Shown: piece after piece, positions 38,141-48,521 of the stretch
Layout: each line of letters starts with the position of its first letter
Position numbering within the stretch: position 1 is the first letter of the stretch
Source of the DNA: an uncultured Bacillota bacterium
Lineage (GTDB): Bacteria; Sysuimicrobiota; Sysuimicrobiia; Sysuimicrobiales; Segetimicrobiaceae
Reading direction: 5' to 3'
Length of the DNA: 64,000 bases
Assembly: GCA_963804645.1 (NCBI GenBank)
Contig: CAWDRG010000002.1
Location: 138,330 to 202,329 of the forward strand
Translations under genes and position numbers: made by a program
The notes under the pieces: generated by a model
Seen by the model: the letters and a program-made list of their open reading frames with translations, nothing else
The model's database searches: none
What the model was told of the DNA's origin: nothing

Positions 38141-39259
38141 TCACCCGCGTGCGTCGAAGCTGCGCACCGCGCGGATGACCCGTTCCACCGCGTCGTCGGT
38201 GAGCGCCGGATGCACCGGAATGCTCACGACCTCGTCGGCGGCGCGCTCGGCCTCGGGGCACCGGACCGTCCCGTAGCCCTCGCGCTCGTACAGCGGGCTC
38301 TTGTGAATCGGCGTCGGATAGTAGACACGCGTGCCGATCCCGTGCGCGTCGAGGTGGCGGACCAGGCGGTCGCGCACGCGCGGCACGCGGAGCGTGTATT
38401 GATGGTAGACGTGCAGGCATCCGGGGGGCTCGTAGGGCAGTACCAGCCAGTCCAGATCCCCGAGCCCCGCGGACAGCCGGGCGGCGTGCTCGCGCCGGCG
38501 GGCGTTCCGGCCTTCGAGCAGGGGGAGCTGCGTCGCGCCGAGCGCGCCCTCAATCTCGTTCATCCGGAAGTTGTACCCGAGCGTCTCGTAGACATAGCGC
38601 TCCCGGGTACCGCAGTCGATCAGCAGCCGGGCGCGATCGGCCACGGCCGCGTCGTTCGTCGTGAGCATGCCGCCTTCGCCGGTCATCAGATTCTTCGTCG
38701 GATAGAAGCTGAACATGGCGGCCGCGCCGAACGTGCCGACGCGACGGCCCCCAAACGCCGCCCCGTGGGCCTGGGCGGCATCCTCGATCACGGTCAGGCC
38801 GTGGGTCCGCGCGATGCGGTCCAGCGCGTCCATCTGACACGGCAGGCCGTACAGATGCACCGGCAGGATTCCCTGCACGTCCGGCGTCCGACGCACGGCC
38901 TCATCGACCGCGTCGGGATCGAGATTGTAGGTGCGCGGATCGATGTCGACGAACACGGGACGGGCGCCCCGATGGAGCAGCGCGTTCGCGGTCGCCCCGA
39001 ACGAGAACGGCGTGGTGATGACCCGCGCGCCCGGCCGAATCCCGACGGCCTCGACCGCCACCATCAACGCCGTCGTGCCGGACGAGGCCGCGACGGCGTG
39101 CGCCGCCCCCAGGTACTCGGCGAACGCCCGCTCAAACTCTCGCACCCAGCGCCCGGCAACAAGGTGGCCCGATTCGAGCACCTCGAGGACCCGGCGCTTC
39201 TCCTCCTCGGTGATTTGGGGTTGAGCGATCGGTACGGTCTGCTGCGATGTGGTAGGCAT
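38141..39259 (-). CDS. DegT/DnrJ/EryC1/StrS-family PLP-dependent sugar aminotransferase
   Basis: Conserved blocks AVAASSGTTALMVA, SFYPTKNL (PLP lysine) and YNFRMNEI. Start taken at MPTTSQQTVPIAQPQITEEEK (39259). Confidence 0.85.
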   Translation of the reverse strand: MPTTSQQTVPIAQPQITEEEKRRVLEVLESGHLVAGRWVREFERAFAEYLGAAHAVAASSGTTALMVAVEAVGIRPGARVITTPFSFGATANALLHRGARPVFVDIDPRTYNLDPDAVDEAVRRTPDVQGILPVHLYGLPCQMDALDRIARTHGLTVIEDAAQAHGAAFGGRRVGTFGAAAMFSFYPTKNLMTGEGGMLTTNDAAVADRARLLIDCGTRERYVYETLGYNFRMNEIEGALGATQLPLLEGRNARRREHAARLSAGLGDLDWLVLPYEPPGCLHVYHQYTLRVPRVRDRLVRHLDAHGIGTRVYYPTPIHKSPLYEREGYGTVRCPEAERAADEVVSIPVHPALTDDAVERVIRAVRSFDARG

Positions 39260-39457
39260 GCGCACCTTTAGGTGTGTCGTCCCCGGGCCGTCGCGGCAAA
39301 CATTCTGCACCCCGGGGGGATTTCCTCTCGCGCCGCCGGGCGCTCGGGCCTCTCTGCGTATCGGATCTCTCTGCTTAATCGTTGCCGGCGTCTCGGGGGT
39401 TCCGCGGCGTCCCGCCTGCGCGGCCGCGCGCGCCGGCCGATCGGCGCGCGGCGGACG

Positions 39458-39931
39458 TCAGCGCGGGGCTTCGAGCTCTCCCCGCAGCGCGGTGAGCATG
39501 CCGTCCAGGTTTTCCTTCATCTTGATGCGCAGCAGCTGGCTCAAGAGCCCGCCGATGAGGGGAATGCCGAACTCGAACTCCACCACGATCGCGGTGCGCG
39601 TGCCGTCGCCCTCGGGAAGAAACGACCACTCGCCCTCGTAGCGTTCGAAGTCCCCGTCGCGCTGCCGGAACCGGCAGACGTGCCGGGCGTCGTCCCACGC
39701 GTCCTCCTCGATCCAGTGGATCCGGCGTCCCTCTACCAGGCCGACCCACTCGGTGGCCGTGGGGACATCGCCCGCGCGCTCAAGCACGGTCACCCGCTCG
39801 AGGTCAGGCATGAACCGCGGAAAATCCTCGACCCGCTTGGCCACCGCGTACACCGCGTCGAGCGGTGCGCGGATGACCGTGGACGCCTCAACGCGTGCCA
39901 TCCGTGTGTGTCCCCCCGCTGCGCGGCTCAC
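39458..39931 (-). CDS. SRPBCC (polyketide_cyc2 / START-like) domain protein
   Basis: VIRAPLDAVYAVAKRVEDFPRFMPDL start typical of the Polyketide_cyc2 family. ATGA overlap with the upstream GTPase stop. Confidence 0.65.
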   Translation of the reverse strand: MSRAAGGHTRMARVEASTVIRAPLDAVYAVAKRVEDFPRFMPDLERVTVLERAGDVPTATEWVGLVEGRRIHWIEEDAWDDARHVCRFRQRDGDFERYEGEWSFLPEGDGTRTAIVVEFEFGIPLIGGLLSQLLRIKMKENLDGMLTALRGELEAPR

Positions 39932-40962
39932 GTATGCAGCTCGAGAATGTCGCCGTCCGAGAGCACGTGCTCGCGCTGGACCATCTGGCCCTCAAACGTC
40001 TGCGCGCCCCAGATGCGCGCGTACTTCAGCCGCTCCGCAAAGTCCTTGTGGACGGCGGCCGACGCGTCCTGCACCGTGGCACCCTGCGGCAGGACGAACG
40101 GGACCGCGCGGTCCGCGCGTCGTCCCGGCGCCTTCGTGTACACTCGGATGACGCGGAGGAGTTCGAACAGCGCGCGCGGCAGCGCGTCCACCCCCTCGCC
40201 AGTCTCGGCCGAGACCGCGAGGATCGGGAACCGTTCCCCGTAGACCTCACGCACGATCTCGAGGCGACCGGCCGCCCCCTCGGCGTCGGCCTTGGTCGCG
40301 ACCAGAATCGTGGGCACGATGCCCTCCCCCGCCCCGAGCTGTCCGAGCTGCACGCGGGACCGGGCCGTGATCTCGAGCGTCGCCTCGAGCGCGGAGAGCA
40401 CGTCGTCGTCGCCCAGGTCGGCGATCAGGAGCGCTCCGTTCGCCTGGCGGATCAACGCGAACAGCCAGGGTTCCTCGGTCTCCGGGGCGATCGGGGGCAG
40501 GTCGAGCAGCTGGACCTGGACGTCCTCGAACGGCACCATGCCGGGCAGCGGGGCGCGCGTGGAGAATGGATACGCGGCGACGACCGGGCTCGCATGGGTG
40601 AGGGCCGCGAGCAGGCGCGACTTCCCGGTGTTGGGCGCCCCGACCAGCACGACCTGGCCCGCGCCCTCGCGCGGGACGTGATGCCACGTCGGCCCCTTCG
40701 CGCTCGCGGTCTTCTGGCGGGCGGCCTCCGTGCGCACCTTCGCCATGCGGCGGCGGATGTCGGCCCGCATGTGCTCGGTGCCCTTGTGCTTGGGGATCGT
40801 GGCCATCATCTCCTCGAGGGCCGCGAGCTGCTCCTCGGGGGTGGTGGCCTGCCGGTACCGGCGGTCGGCCTCGAGATACTGGGGTGTCAGGTTTGCTGGC
40901 ATAGGGTACGCGCCTATTGTAACAGAGCCCGCCGATGCAGGAAACGGCGCGTGTTGGTCCAA
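39928..40962 (-). CDS. DRG/Obg-family GTPase with C-terminal TGS domain
   Basis: G1 GAPNTGKS; G3/G4 region TILVATKAD; C-terminal TGS (IRVYTKAPGRRADRAVPFVLPQGATVQD). Start uncertain; candidates are the ATG at 40962 or 40902. Confidence 0.75.
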   Translation of the reverse strand: MDQHAPFPASAGSVTIGAYPMPANLTPQYLEADRRYRQATTPEEQLAALEEMMATIPKHKGTEHMRADIRRRMAKVRTEAARQKTASAKGPTWHHVPREGAGQVVLVGAPNTGKSRLLAALTHASPVVAAYPFSTRAPLPGMVPFEDVQVQLLDLPPIAPETEEPWLFALIRQANGALLIADLGDDDVLSALEATLEITARSRVQLGQLGAGEGIVPTILVATKADAEGAAGRLEIVREVYGERFPILAVSAETGEGVDALPRALFELLRVIRVYTKAPGRRADRAVPFVLPQGATVQDASAAVHKDFAERLKYARIWGAQTFEGQMVQREHVLSDGDILELHT

Positions 40963-41047
40963 GTAGGGTCGGACAGCCGGGACGGTGAGCGTGGGGGGAC
41001 GCCGCCCGGCGAGCAGGCCTCACCATGCAGTGAGGGAGGGATCATCG

Positions 41048-42277
41048 ATGAAGCGATGGGCAGGACGATGTGCAGTGGTGGCGACGGCGCTCCTCCTGAT
41101 CACGGCGGGGATCCAAGGGACCGCCGCCCCGCAGGACACGAGCCACGTGATCCGGCTCGGAGCGGCGATCTCCAATACCGGCAGCCTGGCGGGGGCCGGC
41201 AAGCTTACGGTGGACGGCTACAACTTCGCCGTCGACTGGATCAACGCGCACGGCGGGGTGAAGATCAACGGCGTAGTCTACACGATCGCCCCGATCAAGT
41301 ACTACGACGACGAGAGCAAGCCCGCCGAGTCCGCCGCGCTGGTCGAGAAGCTCGTGACCCAGGACCACATCAACCTGATCCTCGGGCCGTACTCGTCCGA
41401 CAACACGATCGCGGCGGCGGCGATCAGCAGCAAGCTCGGCGCGGTCATGATGGCCGACGAGGGCGTCGCGAAGGTCATCTGGACGTCCGGCAACAAGGGC
41501 GTGATCGGCCCGATCATGTACGACTACCAGTACATGTATCCAATCATCGACGCGCTGCTCGCGAAGCAGACCGGCATCAAGACCGTGGTCGTGACGCACG
41601 CCGACGACTCGTTCAGCGTCGGCGTGGCCGAGGGCGTCGTCGCGTACATGAAGGAGAGGGGCATCCAGGTGCTCGGGGACTTCCAGTACCCGTCCGCGAC
41701 GACGGACGTCTCCTCGATCATCGCCCAGGTCAAGCCGCTGAACGCGGATGTCCTGCTGAGCTCCGGCCACATCACTGACGCGATCCTGATCACCAAGCAG
41801 GCGAAGCAGAACGGCCTCAACTTCAAGGCGCTGGCCTTCACGGTGGCGCCGCCCACGCCCGACTTTGTCAAAGCGCTCGGCAAGGACGCCGAGTACGTGA
41901 TCGGCCCTGCGCCGTGGGTCCCGCAGGAAAACTTCACGGACCCGTACTTCGGGAATACCGCGAAGTATGTGGCCGGGTTCAAGGAGAAGTACAAGTACGA
42001 CCCGGACTACCATGTGGGGGACGCCTCGGAAGGCGTCGAGCTGCTGATCGAAGGGATCGCGAAGGCCGGCAGCACCGATCCCGCCAAGGTCGGCCCGGCC
42101 TTCCTCAACACCACCTACGCGACCATCGCCGGGTTTGTCGCCTTCGATAACAACTGGCACGAGAACAATCAGCTCGGCTCCGCGATCCAGATCCAGAACG
42201 GCGTGCCCGTGCCGATCTGGCCGATCAAGTACCTCAACAACTTCAAGTTCCCCACGCCCAGCTGGGCGCAGCGCTGA
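41048..42277 (+). CDS. livK: Branched-chain amino acid ABC transporter substrate-binding protein
   Basis: Signal peptide followed by a Peripla_BP_6 fold. Followed by livHMGF. Confidence 0.85.
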   Translation: MKRWAGRCAVVATALLLITAGIQGTAAPQDTSHVIRLGAAISNTGSLAGAGKLTVDGYNFAVDWINAHGGVKINGVVYTIAPIKYYDDESKPAESAALVEKLVTQDHINLILGPYSSDNTIAAAAISSKLGAVMMADEGVAKVIWTSGNKGVIGPIMYDYQYMYPIIDALLAKQTGIKTVVVTHADDSFSVGVAEGVVAYMKERGIQVLGDFQYPSATTDVSSIIAQVKPLNADVLLSSGHITDAILITKQAKQNGLNFKALAFTVAPPTPDFVKALGKDAEYVIGPAPWVPQENFTDPYFGNTAKYVAGFKEKYKYDPDYHVGDASEGVELLIEGIAKAGSTDPAKVGPAFLNTTYATIAGFVAFDNNWHENNQLGSAIQIQNGVPVPIWPIKYLNNFKFPTPSWAQR

Positions 42278-42391
42278 TTCGGCGCCGAGACTTGAGCGTC
42301 CGGCTTCCGGGGCGTTCGCCGCACGACGGCGGCGGACGCCCCCGGGCCGGGCGCGTGCGCGGTGCGCGGCAGGGCCCGTAGCACACGGACG

Positions 42392-43261
42392 ATGGGGATC
42401 TGGCCTCAGATCGTCATCAACGGCCTCCTGCTCGGGGGGGTGTACGCCCTCAGCGCGCTCGCGTTCTCGCTGGAGTGGGGGATCCTCAACATCGTCAACC
42501 TGGCGCACGGGTCGTTCATCATGCTCGGCGCCTACATCACCTGGATGCTGCTGACGTCCCCGCTGCACCTCGACCCGCTGCTCAGCATTCCGATCGACTT
42601 CGCGATCCTCGCCGTCCTCGGGTTCCTGATGCAGCGGTACCTGCTCAACCGGGTGATGCGCGGCCCGTTCTTCCTGACGCTGCTCCTGACGTTCGGCATC
42701 GACTACGTCCTCGTCAACATCGGGATCCTCTTGTGGACCGCGGACCCGCAGTCCGTCAGCGTGTCGTACAGCGCGGTGAGCCTCGCGATCGGCGCGCTGA
42801 CGATCCCGTACACGCGGATCGCCGTGGTCGCGGCGGCCGTCATTCTGACCGTGGCGCTCGCGCGGTTCATGCACCGCACCCGGTTGGGCCGCGCGATCAA
42901 CGCCACGGGCATGGATCTGGACGCGGCCAGCCTCATGGGCGTCCGGCTCCCGATCGTGTTCGCGCTGACGATGGGCCTCGGCTGCGGCCTCGCGGGGATC
43001 GCCGGCGCACTATACAGCATCAACTTCCCCTTCGATCCCCAGATCGGCGGGAGCCTGACGCTCCGGGCGTTTGTCGTGACGTGCCTCGGCGGCCTCGGCA
43101 ACGTGTACGGCCCCCTTCTCGGCGGGCTCGTCCTCGGCATGGTGGAGTCGGTCGCGTCCGTGCTCATCGGTTCCGGGGCCGTCGACGCCGCCGCCTTCGT
43201 CATGCTCGTGCTCATCTTGGCGCTCCGCCCGCGCGGGATCGGGGGCCGCGCGACCGCGTGA
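42392..43261 (+). CDS. livH: Branched-chain amino acid ABC transporter permease LivH
   Basis: BPD_transp_2 fold (IVINGLLLGGVYALSALAFSLEWG). Start taken at the ATG at 42392. Confidence 0.85.
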   Translation: MGIWPQIVINGLLLGGVYALSALAFSLEWGILNIVNLAHGSFIMLGAYITWMLLTSPLHLDPLLSIPIDFAILAVLGFLMQRYLLNRVMRGPFFLTLLLTFGIDYVLVNIGILLWTADPQSVSVSYSAVSLAIGALTIPYTRIAVVAAAVILTVALARFMHRTRLGRAINATGMDLDAASLMGVRLPIVFALTMGLGCGLAGIAGALYSINFPFDPQIGGSLTLRAFVVTCLGGLGNVYGPLLGGLVLGMVESVASVLIGSGAVDAAAFVMLVLILALRPRGIGGRATA

Positions 43262-44277
43262 GCCTGCCCGCGAGATCGCCCGCGGACGTGCTGGCTCCGG
43301 CGGCCGGCACGGTGAGCCGGGCTCGGCGCTCGGGCGCGCTGCGCGTCGCGCTGCCGCTCGTGTTCGGGATCGCGGTCCTCGCGACCCCGCTCGCCGCCTC
43401 CGGCTATCCCCTTCGGGAAGCCACCACCATCCTGATGTACATGGCGCTCGCGCTGTCCTGGAACCTGATCGGCGGGCTGTGCGGCTACCCGTCCGTCGGG
43501 CAGGTGGCGTTTTTCGGCATCGGGGCGTACGTGACGGCCGCGATGGTGGTGCACCTACACTGGACGTTTTTCGCGGCGCTCGGGGCTTCGGCGCTCGCCG
43601 CGTTCGCGTTCGCCGCGATCATCGGGCCGATCATCCTGCGGCTGAACGGGCACTACTTCGCGATCGCCACGCTCGGGACGGCGCAGGCGCTCGGCCAGAT
43701 CGTCATCATGGTCCCGTTCGTCGGCGGCCCGAACGGCATCATTCTCCAGTTGCCGTTCACGGACGTCCATATTTACTATCTGATGGCCGGCGCGGTGGGG
43801 CTGGGGCTCCTCATCACCTACGTGATCCTCCGGGGCTCATGGGGCTATGCCTGCCGGATGATCAGGCAGGACGAGCACGCCGCGGCGGCGTGCGGCGTCA
43901 ACGCCACGTTCTACAAGACCGCCTGCTGGGGGCTGTCCGCCGTCGTGGCCGCCGTCGTCGGCAGCGTGTACGCGGTGTGGATCACCTTCCTCAATCCCCC
44001 GTCCGTGTTCGACCCGCTGTTCAGCCTCACGATGGTGGTGCTCACGATGGTCGGCGGTGCGGGGTCCCTGTGGGGACCGGTCATCGGCGCGTTTCTCGTC
44101 GAGATCGTCGATCAGTATCTGTGGGCGAATCTCCTGACCGCGCACACCATGTTTCTCGGCCTCGTCATCGTCGTGATTGTCTTGTTCCTGCCGCGCGGCA
44201 TCTGGCCGTACCTGACGGGACAGCAGGGGCTGTCATGGCGCTCGCTGTTCGCGGGCACCCGGCAGTACCGCATATGA
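43258..44277 (+). CDS. livM: Branched-chain amino acid ABC transporter permease LivM
   Basis: Second BPD_transp_2 permease. GTG at 43258 overlaps the livH stop (GTGA). Stop overlaps the livG ATG (ATGA). Confidence 0.8.
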   Translation: MSLPARSPADVLAPAAGTVSRARRSGALRVALPLVFGIAVLATPLAASGYPLREATTILMYMALALSWNLIGGLCGYPSVGQVAFFGIGAYVTAAMVVHLHWTFFAALGASALAAFAFAAIIGPIILRLNGHYFAIATLGTAQALGQIVIMVPFVGGPNGIILQLPFTDVHIYYLMAGAVGLGLLITYVILRGSWGYACRMIRQDEHAAAACGVNATFYKTACWGLSAVVAAVVGSVYAVWITFLNPPSVFDPLFSLTMVVLTMVGGAGSLWGPVIGAFLVEIVDQYLWANLLTAHTMFLGLVIVVIVLFLPRGIWPYLTGQQGLSWRSLFAGTRQYRI

Positions 44278-45077
44278 GCGCGGCGCTGCGGCTCGAGAGC
44301 GTGTCCAAGTCCTTCGGCGGCCTGCGGGCCGTCCACGAGGTGTCGCTGGAACTCAATGACGGCGAGATCCTCGGGCTGATCGGCCCGAACGGCGCGGGGA
44401 AGACCACGCTGATGAACCTGATCGCCGGTGCGTACCGGCCAACGGCCGGACGCATCTTCTTGGGCGACCGCGAAGTCACCGGCCGGCCGCCGTTCGTGAT
44501 CGTGCACATGGGGATCGCCCGGACGTTTCAGATCGTGCGCGTCTTCAAGGAAATGACCGTACGCGAGAACGTGCTCGTGGGCGCGCTGTTCGGCGGGCGC
44601 ACCGACCGCGGCGCCGCCTCGGAGCGGGCCGACGAGGTGCTGGAGTTCGTCGGGCTGCGCGGACTCGCGCACCGGACGACCGGCGACATCGGTCTGGCGG
44701 AGCAGAAGCGCGTCCAGCTCGCGCGCGCGCTCGCAATCCGGCCGTCCGTGCTGCTGCTGGACGAGGCGATGGCGGGCCTGAATCCCGGCGAGATCGAGGC
44801 GGCGCTCGAGCTCGTGCGCGCCGTGCACCGTAGCGGAGTCTCCCTCATCGTCATCGAGCACCTGATGAAGGTCGTGATGGGCCTCTCGCACCGGATCGTC
44901 GTCATGCACCACGGACGGCTCCTCGCGCAGGGCAGCCCGGCGGACGTGGTGAACGACCGGCAGGTCGTCGCCGCGTACTTTGGGGAGCACTACTCGCGCC
45001 GCCGGGAGGCGGGGGTCTCGCGGGCGGCGCGGGCGCCCGAACCGTCCGCCGGGAGGGACGGCGATCGCCCTTCTTGA
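44274..45077 (+). CDS. livG: Branched-chain amino acid ABC transporter ATP-binding protein LivG
   Basis: Walker [33 protein letters not shown]. Has an unusual 30-aa C-terminal extension that overlaps livF. Confidence 0.85.
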   Translation: MSAALRLESVSKSFGGLRAVHEVSLELNDGEILGLIGPNGAGKTTLMNLIAGAYRPTAGRIFLGDREVTGRPPFVIVHMGIARTFQIVRVFKEMTVRENVLVGALFGGRTDRGAASERADEVLEFVGLRGLAHRTTGDIGLAEQKRVQLARALAIRPSVLLLDEAMAGLNPGEIEAALELVRAVHRSGVSLIVIEHLMKVVMGLSHRIVVMHHGRLLAQGSPADVVNDRQVVAAYFGEHYSRRREAGVSRAARAPEPSAGRDGDRPS

Positions 45078-45771
45078 GATCCGGGACCTCACGGCCGGCT
45101 ACGGGGCGATCCAGGTCCTGTGGGACGTGACCATGGATGTCGACCGCGGCGAAATCGTGACGCTGCTCGGCAACAACGGGGCCGGCAAGACCACGACGAT
45201 GCTCGCGCTCACCGGCTTGGTGCCACGCTGGGGCGGTACGATCTCGCTTGCCGGCCAAGCCATTGGAGGACTCCAGCCCCCGGACGTCACCGGACGCGGG
45301 CTGACGCTCGTCCCGCAGGGACGGCGGCTGTTCGGTTCGATGACCGTGGAAGAGAATCTGCTGATGGGTGCGTACCTCCGGCGCGACGACGGCATCCCGG
45401 CGACGCTCGCGCACATCTACGAGATCCTGCCCCGGCTGCAGGAGCGGCGGCGGCAGCTGGCCGGCACCCTCTCCGGGGGCGAGCAGCAGATGTGCGCGAT
45501 CGGACGGGCGTTGATGTCCCAGCCGAAAGTGCTCTGCATCGACGAGCTGTCGTTTGGGCTCTCTCCGCTCGTCACTGCGGCGATGCTGGATGTGCTGGTG
45601 CAGATCCGCGGCGAGGGCGTGAGCGTGCTGCTGGTCGAACAGGACGTCGAGAACGCCCTTGCCGTCGCGGACCGGGCGTACGTGATGGACGGCGGCCGCA
45701 TCGCGCTGTCCGGGACGGCGGAGGCCGTCTACGACGACCCGGGCGTGCGCGCCGCCTACATGGGGCTGTAG
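44980..45771 (+). CDS. livF: Branched-chain amino acid ABC transporter ATP-binding protein LivF
   Basis: [12 protein letters not shown]...GNNGAGKTT...LSGGEQQM. The only canonical start in frame is the ATG at 44980, which overlaps livG by 98 nt. The true start may be a non-canonical codon near 45058. Confidence 0.75.
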   Translation: MGSTTRAAGRRGSRGRRGRPNRPPGGTAIALLEIRDLTAGYGAIQVLWDVTMDVDRGEIVTLLGNNGAGKTTTMLALTGLVPRWGGTISLAGQAIGGLQPPDVTGRGLTLVPQGRRLFGSMTVEENLLMGAYLRRDDGIPATLAHIYEILPRLQERRRQLAGTLSGGEQQMCAIGRALMSQPKVLCIDELSFGLSPLVTAAMLDVLVQIRGEGVSVLLVEQDVENALAVADRAYVMDGGRIALSGTAEAVYDDPGVRAAYMGL

Positions 45772-45805
45772 GCACGGCCGACCGTCTCGTCAAGAAGGGA
45801 TCCGC

Positions 45806-46564
45806 ATGAACGACGACACCCGTCGCCTCAATCGGGCGCGCTTCACCGACACCGCGTCGGACTACGCGGCCAGCCGCGCGGCCGCGCGCGCCGCGCAGGT
45901 GCAGGCCCTCTGGGATCTCGCGTCTCCGCTGCCGGACGACCGGGTCCTGGATGTCGCGTGCGGGCCCGGGGCGCTGCTCGCCACGCTCGCGCCCCGCGTG
46001 CGGCACGCGGCAGGCTTGGATCTCACCCCCGCGATGCTCGCGCTCGCGCGGAGCGCCGCGCCCGGCGCGTGGCTCGTGTGCGGGGCCGCCGAGCGGCTGC
46101 CGTTCGACGATGACGCGTTCTCGCTGGTCGTGTGCACCTGGGCGTTTCATCATTTCGCCGCCCCGCCGCGGGTCCTGTCGGAGATGGCGCGCGTCTGCGT
46201 ACCGGGCGGCCGGGTGGCGGTTGGGGATCTGATCGGGTCCGAGGATGACGCCGTGCGGGCACGCCAAAATGAGATTGAGCGGCTTCGGGACCCCGCGCAC
46301 GTGGCGCTCAACAGCGCCAGCGGCCTGGCCGGCCTGCTGGGGAGCGTCGGGATCTCCGTGAGCGCCAAGACCGACGGGGACGAGTTGCGGGACCTCGACG
46401 AATGGTGCCGCATGTCCAGGACACCGCCGGATGTGACGGCCCGCGTCCGCGCGATGCTCACGGACACGATCCCCGGGGACCTCGCGGGCATGACCCCGAC
46501 CCTCGCCGGCGGGCGGCTCCGGTTCGTGCACCGCTGGGTGATGCTGATCGGCCGCAAGGTCTGA
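45806..46564 (+). CDS. Class I SAM-dependent methyltransferase
   Basis: Motif I VLDVACGPGAL and a motif post-I/II pattern (Methyltransf_11/25-like). Confidence 0.75.
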   Translation: MNDDTRRLNRARFTDTASDYAASRAAARAAQVQALWDLASPLPDDRVLDVACGPGALLATLAPRVRHAAGLDLTPAMLALARSAAPGAWLVCGAAERLPFDDDAFSLVVCTWAFHHFAAPPRVLSEMARVCVPGGRVAVGDLIGSEDDAVRARQNEIERLRDPAHVALNSASGLAGLLGSVGISVSAKTDGDELRDLDEWCRMSRTPPDVTARVRAMLTDTIPGDLAGMTPTLAGGRLRFVHRWVMLIGRKV

Positions 46565-46648
46565 CGGTCCCGCCCCGCGACCAGCGCCCTCGCGAGGGAC
46601 CGGGACCGATTCGACCGACTCGCCAGCTCTCCGCCGCGCCCCGCCGCG

Positions 46649-48520
46649 TTATCGGTGGGCGCCGTCTCCGTCGCGCTGCGGCGTGCCGCGGGAGCGCAAT
46701 CCCACGTCTCCCCCCTCCGCCTCGTCGTCGGCCCAGACGACCACCGCCTCGGGCGGGATCGTGAGCCGCAGCCGGGCGCCCGCCGCCACAGCCGCCGTGG
46801 TCCGCAGCCTCAGGTCGATCCCCGCGTTCAGCGACACGAGCGCTTCCCGGATGCCGCCGAGTTCGACGACGTCCTGCACGACGGCCGGTACGGTCCCGTC
46901 GGCGGTGATCTGGACGTCCTCCGGGCGGACGCACCAGGTCACCCGCTGTCCCGGGCGGAGCGCGCCGCGCGACACCGCGAGCACGACCGAGGACGTCTCG
47001 ATGAGGCCGGGCGCGAGCGCGCGCCCCGCGTGCACGTTCGGGATGCCGAGGAGCCGTGCGATCTCGGGCGAGGCGGGGTGGCCGAACACCGTGGCGACCG
47101 GCCCGGCCTGCAGAAACCTCCCGTTCGCGATGACCAGGATCTCGTCCGCCAGAAACGCCGCATCCGACGGATCGTGGGTGACCAGCAGCGACGCCAGGCC
47201 CGTATCGCGCTGCAGCGCGCGGACATCCCGGAGCACCGCGTGACGGGTCGGGGCGTCCAGCGAGGAGAACGGCTCGTCGAGCAGGACCCACCGCGGGTTC
47301 ACGGCCAGCGCCCGCCCGAGCGCGACCCGCTGCCGCTGCCCGGTGGAAAGACGCGACGGCAGGCGGTGCTCGAGCCCCTCGAGCCCCAGACGATCGAGCC
47401 AGTACCGCGCGACCCCGGGGTCGGTGCCGACGCCGAACGTGAGATGCTGCCACACGGTGAGGTGGGGAAACAACCCATGCTCCTGCGGTGCGTATCCGAG
47501 GTGCCGCGCCTCCGCGGGCACGGCGTCGAGCGCCTTCCCGTCAAACTGGATCGTGCCGCCGTCCGGGCGGTCGAGCCCGGCCAGCAGCCTGAGCGTGACG
47601 GTCTTCCCCGACCCGGAGGGACCGACGATCGCGATGCGCCGCACGGCGGCCGTGTACGCCACGTCCAGGGAAAAACTTCCGAGGCGCTTGCGGAGCTCAA
47701 ACCGGAGCGGCGGCGCGGCGGGCGCGGCAGGGTGCGCCGCGGGCCTGCGCGACGCCGGCAGCGGATGCGCCTGGAGCCGGGGCCGGGGGCGCCACTGGTT
47801 CAGCAGCAGAAAGAGGAGCGCGACGAGAACCGCCAGCAGCACCGGCGCGAGGGTGGTCGCGAGGCCGGTGCTGCCAAACTGCACGTACGTGAACACGGGC
47901 AGCGAGTACGGGTGGTAGGCGACCATCGCGGTCGCGCCGAACTCGCCGAACGCACGGACCCACGCGAGCAGGAGGCCCGAGCGAATGCCGGGCCACGCGA
48001 CCGGCAGGCTGATCCGCCAGAAGCGCGCCCACCGGCCGTGTCCGAGCGTGGCGGCGACGCCCTCAAGCGCACGGTCCACGCCGGCGAAGGACGAGCGCCC
48101 GGCGACCACCAAAAACGGCGACGCGACGAACGTCTGGGCCAGGACGATGCCGGCCAGCGAGTCGGTCAGATGCCCGCCCGCCAGCCGCCCGATCAGCGTG
48201 TAGGGGCCGACGAGAAATAGAAGCAGAATGCCCGCGGCGAGCGGCGGCATCGCGAGCGGCAGTTGGACGACCGCGCCGAGGAGCCCGATCGCACGGCCCT
48301 GGCCGTGCGCGAGCACGTACGCGAGCGGGATCCCCGCGATCGCGATGAGCGCACACGAGATCGTGGCCGCGCCCGCCGACACCTCCAGCGCGCCGAACAG
48401 CCCGGGCGATTGGAGGCCCCCCACCCCGGAGATCCCGAGCTGCACGACGAGCGCGCACAGCGGCGCCACCAAGTACAGCGCCAGCAGGCCGCCGAGCCAC
48501 GGCAGCGGGCTCCGGCTCAT
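46649..48520 (-). CDS. modBC: Fused molybdate ABC transporter permease (ModB) / ATP-binding (ModC) protein with C-terminal TOBE domain
   Basis: N-terminal half has 5-6 TM helices (CysTW/ModB-like). The C-terminal half has GPSGSGKT, LSTGQRQRVALGRAL and VLLDEPFSSLD, plus a molybdate-binding TOBE-like tail. Confidence 0.8.
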   Translation of the reverse strand: MSRSPLPWLGGLLALYLVAPLCALVVQLGISGVGGLQSPGLFGALEVSAGAATISCALIAIAGIPLAYVLAHGQGRAIGLLGAVVQLPLAMPPLAAGILLLFLVGPYTLIGRLAGGHLTDSLAGIVLAQTFVASPFLVVAGRSSFAGVDRALEGVAATLGHGRWARFWRISLPVAWPGIRSGLLLAWVRAFGEFGATAMVAYHPYSLPVFTYVQFGSTGLATTLAPVLLAVLVALLFLLLNQWRPRPRLQAHPLPASRRPAAHPAAPAAPPLRFELRKRLGSFSLDVAYTAAVRRIAIVGPSGSGKTVTLRLLAGLDRPDGGTIQFDGKALDAVPAEARHLGYAPQEHGLFPHLTVWQHLTFGVGTDPGVARYWLDRLGLEGLEHRLPSRLSTGQRQRVALGRALAVNPRWVLLDEPFSSLDAPTRHAVLRDVRALQRDTGLASLLVTHDPSDAAFLADEILVIANGRFLQAGPVATVFGHPASPEIARLLGIPNVHAGRALAPGLIETSSVVLAVSRGALRPGQRVTWCVRPEDVQITADGTVPAVVQDVVELGGIREALVSLNAGIDLRLRTTAAVAAGARLRLTIPPEAVVVWADDEAEGGDVGLRSRGTPQRDGDGAHR

Positions 48521-48521
48521 G

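Noticed and set aside
41042-42874. 610-aa minus-strand ORF antisense to livK/livH
   Set aside because: His/Asp/Arg-rich translation with no domains. The plus-strand liv genes have clear signatures.
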